64,000 nucleotides of DNA from Vicugna vicugna (taxonomy: Eukaryota). The notes beneath the pieces are model-generated. The model saw only the letters and a program-made list of their open reading frames with translations, did not search any database and had not been told where the DNA came from. Below are positions 55,523 to 64,000 of this stretch, one piece after another. The position numbers and the translations under genes were made by a program. Numbering within the stretch: position 1 is the stretch's first letter; every line of letters begins with the position of its first letter. The stretch is from assembly GCA_013265495.1 (NCBI GenBank), contig MU057640.1, forward strand, positions 1,947,405 through 2,011,404, given 5' to 3'.

Positions 55523-56234
55523 AGCGGACGTGATTCTGTTAAATGAACTAGCTTCAGTGAGCTCTCTTAAGTCAGCCTCATAAATCAGCTTCTCTGATCC
55601 CTCGTCATTTATTTTGCTCTTTCCTGGATTCTCCCCTACTTGTCTCTTTCTGGCATGGAGTTATCCATGGCTGAATGCAGTGTCCTTGATCACAGCACCA
55701 AGTAAGGGGCATGTTCTCATCCCTATCATCCTTCAGTCCTTTCTCTTCATTCCTCCTTTCCTAGGTCTTCTCTTTAGTGTTTTAGACATGACTTTGGTCT
55801 CAACTCTGTCCCCAGGGAGGACTTGGGGCCAAATCTTATCTAGATACTACTTGTGGGTGTCTCTGTCTGTCTACAAACTCGGCAAACTTCTTCAGGCAAG
55901 AGTGACATATGATGCGTTCCTGAAACAAGAAACTCCCACAAAAACTGTCATGAAATTGGGGCTCTCAAACGAATTAGGTGTCAATGGTGAGAAAACTGTA
56001 AGGGAGGCCTCAAGGCCAAACTTAAGACAAAATTTTGAAGCTGCCAGAATTTATCTTCAGACCTATTGCCCACTCTCCTTTCAGCCCTGACCACCCTCCT
56101 CCAAGTTTTCAATGCTCACATATTCTTCCTGGATATTCTGGTCTCCCATCTCAGGCTTGCCCAAACTGGACAACCAGTAAGATTCTGGATCTAATTTCCT
56201 ATGCTTATGCTTATTCAAATTTACACTTAATTAG

Positions 56235-57385
56235 CTCCCAATCAATAACAAAAGGGTAAAAAATTGGAGGAGATATTTCACTAAAGAAGATATAGGAATG
56301 ACAAATAAGTATGTGAAGAGATGATTAATATCATTAGCCATTTGGGAGATACAAATTAAACCTACAATGAGATACCACCATACGTTTACTAGACTGGCAA
56401 ATAATACATTGCCATCCAAAACCAAATTGTTTTAAAATTAAAATTTTAAAAATTAAAATGATTGATCATACAAAGTATTGGCAAGAATGTAAAGCAACTG
56501 GAAATTCCATACACTGCTAGTGAGATACAAAATGATACAGCCACTTTAGAAAACAGTGTGGACAGTTTTTTTTTAAAGGTAAAGGTACACGGGCCATATG
56601 ACCCAGTCATTTCACTTTGAGATAGTTACCCAAGGGAGATGAAAGCATATGTCCACACACAGACTTGTACACAAGTGTTCATAGCAACTTAGTTTGCAAT
56701 AGCCCCACACCACAAATAACCTGTTTTAGTCTACTCAGGCTGCCATAACAAAACGCCATGGCCTGCATGGCTTGAACAGCAGACATTCAAATTTTCTCAC
56801 AATTCTGAAAGCTGGCAAGTCCATGATCAAGGTTCTATCAGTGTTCTAGCTCTGGGAAGAGCCCTCTTCCTGGTTGGCAGGCAGCTGCCTTGTCCTTTCC
56901 TCTGATTATACTTGGAGAGACAGAGAAAGAGAGGGAAAGTGAGAGGGGGAACATGTGCTTTCTGGGGCTGCTTCTTCTGAGAACACTAATTGTATCCCAT
57001 TAGGACCTCATCCTTATGACTTCATTTTACCTTAATTACCTCCTAAAGACTCTGTTTTCAAATATAGTCACACTGGGGGTTAGGGCTTCAATTTTGGTGG
57101 GACATATTTCATTCAGTACATAGAATAACCCAAATGTCTATCAACAGGGGTAGCAATAAACTAATTATGGTGTATTGGCACAATGGTATACTACTCAGCA
57201 ATTAAAACAAACAAACTATTGATATATCAACACGGTGGATAAAACTCAAAATAATCATGCAGAGTGAAAGAAGCCAGGCAAAAAAGGGAGTATATACGAG
57301 GTGATCTCATTTATATAAAAGCTTAGAAATGCAGAATCATCAATAGCAACAGAAAGCGGATTCATGACAGCCTGGGGATGGGGAC
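56235..57385 (+). mobile_element. Old L1 3' fragment split by a MaLR LTR
   Basis: ORF2 C-terminal and 3' UTR motifs on both sides of 56722-57125. Confidence 0.8.
56722..57125 (-). mobile_element. MaLR LTR (MLT1A/B-like)
   Basis: CAGGCTGCCATAACAAAA...TCTCACAATTCTG; perfect 5-bp TSD TAACC. Confidence 0.88.
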
Positions 57386-57389
57386 CTCT

Positions 57390-57661
57390 ATTGGGGTGTG
57401 AAGAAAAGGGAACCCTCCTACACTGTTGGTGGCAACGTAAATTGGTGCAGCCACTAGGGAGAACAGTATAGAGGTTCCTTAAAAAACTAAAAATAGAGTT
57501 ACCATATGATCCAGCAATCCCACTTCTGGGCAGATATCAGGAGAAAATTCTGATTTGAAAAGACATATGTACCTTAGTGCTCATAACAGCACTATTTACA
57601 ATAGCCAAGACATGGAAGCAACCTAAATGTCCATTGATAGATGAATGAAGAAAGAGGATGT

Positions 57662-57708
<47 letters not shown>

Positions 57709-58182
57709 TGCACACAGAATGTAATATTACTCAGCCATAAAAAAGAATGAATGCCATTTGCAGCAACATGTATTGACTAAGAGATTATCACATTAAGCAA
57801 AGTAAGTCAGATAGAAAAAGACAAATATTATATATCACTTCTATGTGAAATCTTTAAAAAATGATACAAATGAACAACAATACAAATTACAAATGAGAAA
57901 TTAACAGACATAGAAAATAAACTATGGTTACAAAAAGGGAAAGGAGGGGAGGGGTAAATTAAGAATTTGGAATTAATGGATACACACTACTATATATATA
58001 AAACAGATAAACAGCAAGGACCTACTGTATAACATAGGGAAGTATATTCAATATCTTGTGATAATCTATAATGGAAAAGATTCTGAAAAAGAATATATAA
58101 GTATATATTTAACTGAATTACTTTGCTATACACCTGAAACTAACACAACATTGTAAATCGACTATACTTTCATTTTTTAAAA
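57390..58182 (+). mobile_element. Younger lineage-type L1 3' end containing a (TA)n tract at about 57666-57701
   Basis: Well-preserved GGGAACCCTCCTACACTGTTGGTGG...CAAGGACCTACTGTATA...CCTGAAACTAACACAACATTGTAAATC. Confidence 0.9.
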
Positions 58183-58779
58183 TTATCTCTCTTAAGTATC
58201 CTATACAGAGCCATTTCTGGCTCTTTCCTCACTCCTTGGTCTCCTTGTTTGAGCCAGGATTTTTCGGTGTTCTACCAAATATTAAGAGGCCTGCCTATAA
58301 AGAAGAACATTAATCAGGCCTAGCACGTTATTTTCTTCTAAAATGCATTTTGAAATCTGAAGAAAATTACTAAACCCATTTATATGGTTTTACTTATTGC
58401 TCCGTGTTAACCTGTCTTTGAAGAAATGAGGTGCCATGCCTGGGGCTAACATGATATCACCTGAGAAGTCACGTGGTGATGTAATTCCCATGCATGTATG
58501 TCTGCTCTGTGTACCTGTGCCTTGATGCATAGGTGGCAATTACCACTAATGTGTCTATTTCATTTATAATTCATCATAGATATGTAATAATATCCCAGGA
58601 TTTTAGGTGTCATCCAGGAGCTAAAGCTAAGTCCCCGAGTTCTCAAGCTCCAATGTAGAAAATGTTTCTGTCCCCCATCCACATAGTAGCAGGGGCTGGT
58701 GGATGCTGGTTGGGTCCCAGCAATGACAGTAAGAGCCAATGTGTGTGGACGGGGAAAAATGAAGTCTAGCTATTTCTCA

Positions 58780-59245
58780 CTGTGAAAAGCATGGCCACGA
58801 TATTTGCAGCTCCTGCTATTGGTGGGTGGGGTCTATTTTCCCACTCCTTGAATTTGGACTGGTCTGGTGACTTACTTCTTGACCACTGAAATGTGGCAAA
58901 AGTGCAAGTTCTAGAACCTAGGGCCAAGAGGTTTTGCAGCAACATCCTGGCCCCTTTGGCATGCTCCTGCAGCCATGGATGCCTGCACTAGACTACTGAA
59001 TGACATCAGCTGGGGAGGAGCCACTAGCATCAAGGCCCTGATCCTGCAAGTGAGGTCATCTTGGCTCATCCTGTTTTGGTCAACCATCCAGATGATTGTA
59101 AACTCACAAGAGACCCCAGGTGAGACCGCAGAACTACCCGGGTTAAGCCCAGTCCCGATGCAGAAACGTGGTCAAATAGATGGTTGTTGTAAGTGGCTCA
59201 GTTTTGGGGTGGCTTGTTATGCAGTAATGGGTAACTTCAATGCTT
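58780..59245 (+). mobile_element. MaLR LTR (MLT1G/H-like)
   Basis: CCACTCCTTGAATTTGG...GTTTTGGGGTGGCTTGTTATGCAGTAAT. Confidence 0.75.
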
Positions 59246-61957
59246 ACCTAAGGGCCATTTGTGAAATCTAAGACAGTTCCCAGGAAGCTCCTAAGGACCA
59301 GCTTCTAGTGTTTTCACTGCCTTGTGTCATGCATGAAAGGGGCAAGTCAGTTACCATCTGCACCTCAGTTGTTTTGCTATTCAAATGGGAACATCATCCT
59401 GTATCTCAGAGGATGTGCTGAAAGAAGTTATTCTTGTAAGATAGCTCTATATGTAGTTGTGGGGAGTACATTTAGAAAGTGGGTCTATTTTGGTCATTTT
59501 GGCTAATGAGCTTTCTTTGTTGTGGCTGTCCTTAAATAGACTCAACACTAGCCTGTTCTGGTTTTGCTGGCAGACAGTCTTCAGACTACTGATGGCTGCC
59601 CTCCCTCTTGTCTACCCCTGCGCCCTTTCTTTTGCCATCCCCATGCCCTTCCTGACATCTTTGGGGCGGAGACCTGGATATGTTAGTCTTGTATAGCTTT
59701 TATCCTTCTCCTTTAGGAAAGCTTTCATATTATTTCTAGCTTTTGCTCCCAGCACAGTGTCCTACATACAGTAGGTGCTCAATGTATGTTGGACGACACT
59801 ATTAAACTGCCAATGCCTGGGTAGAAAGGCCCAAGAAAGTTAACATTGAATTATTTCCTTAGAGAGAGAAGCTGCCCTTTAAAAGAGGCCCCTACTGAAG
59901 CCCCCATCTAGGATGGGTACAACAAAGGACCTCAGGGCAGATCCTGTTTTGCAAGGATTGGCTGAGTTGGGTCTTTAGTCATGTAAGGAGTGTCCTGGAA
60001 GAAGGAAGCAAACATGGCAGGCTTTGTGGCTAAGGACTGGTCTAATGTCTGGTACATGGTTGACCAAGAGGTTGGAGAAATACACATCAGGGGCCAAAGA
60101 CTCTACCTGAGTAAAAGGGATTTAATACTCAGACTACATCTCTTTGGGGTTTAGTATAATTCAACACTTTCGATGCCTGAGGGTCCCAGCTACGTTCAGC
60201 AGGCAGGAAGGGGCTCCAAGGTTCCACTTACATCTATCATAAAAGGAGCCTGGAATGGCCATTTGGGCTCAACACCCAGTACTGAAATTGTCAGATTAGA
60301 AAGGCTGATGTGGGCAGAATGTGTCTAAGCCTAGAAACCCTTCCTGACCTAGTGACCTAGCACTTTGAGTGAGCTTTGGAATGAGTAACTGTGTGCGTGT
60401 GTGGAACACACAGATGAAACCTCAGGAGCCCAGACTTTTAGAGGTGAGGCAAGACCATTGTAACAGCCAGGGGCCAAACTCCGGCCTAGTGTAACAGTGT
60501 GAGGACGGACAGCCTCTTTCTCCATTCCTTACCCTGACAACAATTTTATCTCTGATTAAGAATGTGGGATGTAGAGCTGAAGTACCTGGGTGCAAACCTC
60601 AGGTGATGGAGAATTTGCCGCTTCCGAGCACCCCCTTAAACACGTCCTGCCCGAATCAAATTCCTTGTCATTTTTCTTTCATTGGTTCTAATTCTACCAT
60701 TCACTTTGGGGAGTGAAAAAAAGTAACTGAGTACTAGGTGACTCTGTTTACATTATATTTAATAAGAGTTGGATGTGCGCTAAATTGTGCGGTTTGGATT
60801 TTTTATTTGCATAATGCATAGCTCTTGAATATTATAGGGTTTTGTATCCAGATTCTTTGCCAAATATTTATCGCCTAATGGAATAGATAGATAGATAAAC
60901 AGATAGATAAGGAAAATTCTTCTATTTAAAGAAAATGAATTGTAGTATGAGAGGAGGGGTGAACTGGCAGAAAGAACTCTGACCTAGACTCCAGGCTCCT
61001 TTTATGCGCACTGGTCCTGGATCTGCTGTTGGTTAGCTTTGTATTTCTCTGCACCTTGGTTTCCTCATTTGTAAAATGTGGGGGTTGGAATAATGATCTA
61101 TTATTTGGGATTCTAGGACCCTTACTTTGAGAGGCAAACATTGTGAGGTATGAAATGCATTTTCATGAGGGAATCTGTGTTGACTGGAAAGATTATATCA
61201 AGACAATTTATGACAAAAATCACAAGCCTGTTTCCTTAAGCACCACTTGCATTCCACTTTGGAATCTGGGTCCTGATTCTTTTTGCTTCGGAAATGAGCG
61301 ATAGGTAGCTTGACAGAAGAGAGAACAGGTGCGGGAGGAGCTAACAGGGGCTGGAGAAATGACAGACTTGCTTTCCTGAAATAAGCTTCAGCCTTCAGCC
61401 AAATGACTTGTGTAGATTTCCATAAATAAAAAAGAAATCTCAGGGTAAATACAGATTCATTAAAGGGTCTTAAAAATAGGATTGAGGTTTAGGCGAGGGG
61501 ACCTGATACAGCTTTCCTCTTTCTTCTACTTTCCTTCTCTTTCCTTCACTCATCCATGAGCTTTCATCCAAAAAGATGTGTCAGGACTCTGAGTGACAAA
61601 TAACTGGCTAGTTTAGTTCAGAAAAAATTTTTGAGTGCTGGGTACTGGAGTGGCTGCAGCTTTAAAGGAACAACTGAGTCCAGGGAGCAGGCTGCCCTGG
61701 TCTCAGCAGCACACCTGGGGATCTGTTTCATGGAGTGCTGCTGTGAGAAGACCCTCTGTATTTGCTTCAGCTCAAAATTCAGATTCCCCAGGAAGAGAAT
61801 CTGAATGCCCAGCTTAGGTCCCATGTCCCCGCTGTGATCAGGAGGAAAGTCCTGTGACAAACAGCCTCACCAGAAGAGCATGGGATGGGATAGGGCAACT
61901 CTCTGAAAGTGTGTGTGTCTGTTGGGGGGGGGTTTTGAGGGTGGGGTCTACTGACAG

Positions 61958-62238
61958 AAAACAAACTTATGGTTACCAAAGGGGAAAGGGGGAAGGGATA
62001 AATTAGGAGTTTGGGATTAGCAGATATAAAATAGATAACCAACAAGGCCCTACTGTATAGCACAGGGAACTATATTTAATATCTTGTATTAACCTATAAT
62101 GGAAAAGAATCTGAAAAAGGATAGATTTATATATATATTATATATATGTATAACTGAATCACTTAGCTGTACACCTGAAACTTTGTAAAACAACTATACT
62201 TCAATTTTTTTTTAATGAAAAAAAGAAAGAAAAAAAAG
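61958..62238 (+). mobile_element. Short lineage-type L1 3' end
   Basis: AAAACAAACTTATGGTTACCAAAGGGGAAAGG...poly(A); degenerate TSD GTCTACTGACAG/GTCTGCTGGCAG. Confidence 0.88.
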
Positions 62239-63271
62239 AGTGAAGTCTGCTGGCAGCTACCAGAAGTGAGGGGTGGGGATGGGCAGACAGATGTCACAGT
62301 GTCCAAAGCTCCAGAGCCTCTCCAGGGTCACTGCAAGTGACCGCAGCATCAGGTGCCTCTGCAGTGCCCCCAGGGCATGTTTGGGGGGTTTCAGGATCTC
62401 TGACAGACTGGCCTGAAGGCTGACACCCAGTGGCGAGTGTACATCATAGAGGATGCAGCCAACTTTTCTTCTTTTATGAGCCTTGCAAATAGCTGACATT
62501 CAACAATGCTCATTGACTGACTGACTGAATGAACGAATGGCATAGCTCTTACTTGGGCGAAGGGAGGACTTCCGGTCTACATTAGCCTGAGTTGAATTAA
62601 TTTGGAAACTGCTTCGTTGCAAGGGGTTGAACGCCATCAGAGCTATCTTTAGCAAGAGATGGTCCTTGCTTGGATGCCGCTTCTGGCAAGCAGGGACAGA
62701 CATGAACCAAGGACTGAATGCTGGGAGCCTCTGCCTCTTGTCTTACCTCCTCTCTGAATCTGCTCCATTTTCCCATTCAAATGCGGCCATCTGGCATTCT
62801 TCAATTTTCAGTCCATCTTATCAGAAAATAGCTTTCCATGCCTCCAGGATTGGTCTCTCCTCTAATTAAGAGCCCAGGGTGAGTGAGACTGAGTTTCCTT
62901 CCTTCCCAGTCCAAACCCAGAGCAGGGACTCTATGTAGCCAAGCATGAAGCAGGGGTTTGCCCCTGGCCCAATCAGCCAAAATGGCCAAAATGGAGCTTG
63001 GAGCAGGGAGGTCACCATTATGATGTGGATTGGGGTATAGGAGCAGCTCTTGGAAAAGAAGAGATTTAAGCAGACGATACAGTTGGTGTCTCCTGCAGAA
63101 TCTGAACAACATATTTGCCTACATTTACAGTGCTTTAACAACACTCGATATTCATGACCTCAGTGATTCTTGTTCCGACTGTGTGAGGTAGGCATATCAG
63201 GTACGAACAGTCTTTCTTCCACATCTACCTTATTTTATTGCGGAAATGACATGTCTGTGGGCTCCCAAATT

Positions 63272-64000
63272 GCCTCTCACCGTAGTACATGGGGGACTTG
63301 TCTGGCTTTTGGATCATGGTGGTCATAGAGAGGTTGGTTTTTTTGCCCTGGCTCGCAACCCATGTAGGAGGGCTCTCTGATAGTTCCGCACAGCCTCCCG
63401 TTTGGCTTGGGAGTTAGTGTTTCATTCGGTCTTGTGTCTGGGGCTGCATTCTGGACCCATTCCTCCGCATACATGGTTCCCTCTGGGGCCTGCTCTTGTA
63501 GCCATTTTTTAGTTTCTGTTATGATCTGTCTTCTTTCTTTAGTATTGAAGAGTGTCAGGAGCAGCTGTTGAATGTCATCCCAAGTCGGCTGGTGGGTCTG
63601 GAAGATGGATTCTAGGAGATCAATCATGGCCTGGGGTTTTTCTGAATACAGCAGAGTTTGGTGTCGCCAGTTCAGGAGATCCGTTATACTGAAAGGCTGG
63701 TAGTACAGGATGGAGTGGCGGGGCTGTACGGAGCCATCATTGTTAAGTAGTTGGGGCTCTTGGGTCTCCTGGAGGGGCACCCGGAGGGTAGCCGCTGGCT
63801 GGGCATCCTGCAGGGCCGAACGAAGTTTCCTCCTGTTGGACTTCCAGCTCAGAGCCCGGGGCCACTGTGGTGGTACAGGCAGCAGTGGGCCATCAAGTAG
63901 AGGCAGCTGTAGTAGAACTGCAGAAGCAGGAGAAACATATGGGACGGGTGGCATTGGCAGTTCTTCAGGGTTCCCCCGGAGGCAAGGTTTGGGCGATCGT
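63272..64000 (-). mobile_element. gag: Class I (gamma-like) endogenous retrovirus gag fragment (late-domain region and capsid), frameshifted
   Basis: YYQPFSITDLLNWRH..YSEKPQAMIDLLESIFQTHQPTWDDIQQLLLTLFNTKERRQI is Gag_p30-like and resembles HERV-E-type capsid. Homology continues in shifted frames (NYQRALLHGLRARAKKPT; MHR-like IQKPDKSPMYYGER). The frame stays open to the window edge. Confidence 0.92.

Overview
Mammalian genomic DNA, probably camelid. Three copies of a tRNA-Ala-derived SINE resembling camelid vic-1 are present, and I saw no Alu, B1/B2, Bov-tA, PRE-1 or Can-SINE copies. The only host coding sequence I can support is the first coding exon of PCNX1 (pecanex 1) on the minus strand (19133-18981, 51 codons, GT donor), inside a CpG island at about 18.3-19.9 kb. 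Positions 1-18980 are PCNX1 intron 1. Positions 20-64 kb are upstream intergenic DNA rich in L1, L2, MIR, MaLR/ERV LTRs and DNA transposon remnants. The window ends in a degenerate, 3'-truncated class I (gamma-like) endogenous retroviral gag. The most interesting structure is the putative PCNX1 5' leader: a strong-context upstream AUG opens a 61-aa Ser-rich ORF in the same frame as PCNX1, separated from it by a single TAG and an open 32-codon spacer containing an AGG-interrupted CGG repeat (12 Arg codons). Other points are a five-LTR cluster with an orphan polyadenylated fragment at 50.8-54.3 kb and a 48-bp Z-DNA/E-box array at 35.0 kb. Nearly all other ORFs in the track look like chance ORFs. 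Repeat family names come from recalled consensus motifs and need RepeatMasker/Dfam confirmation. I see no clear evidence of a new multi-gene system.
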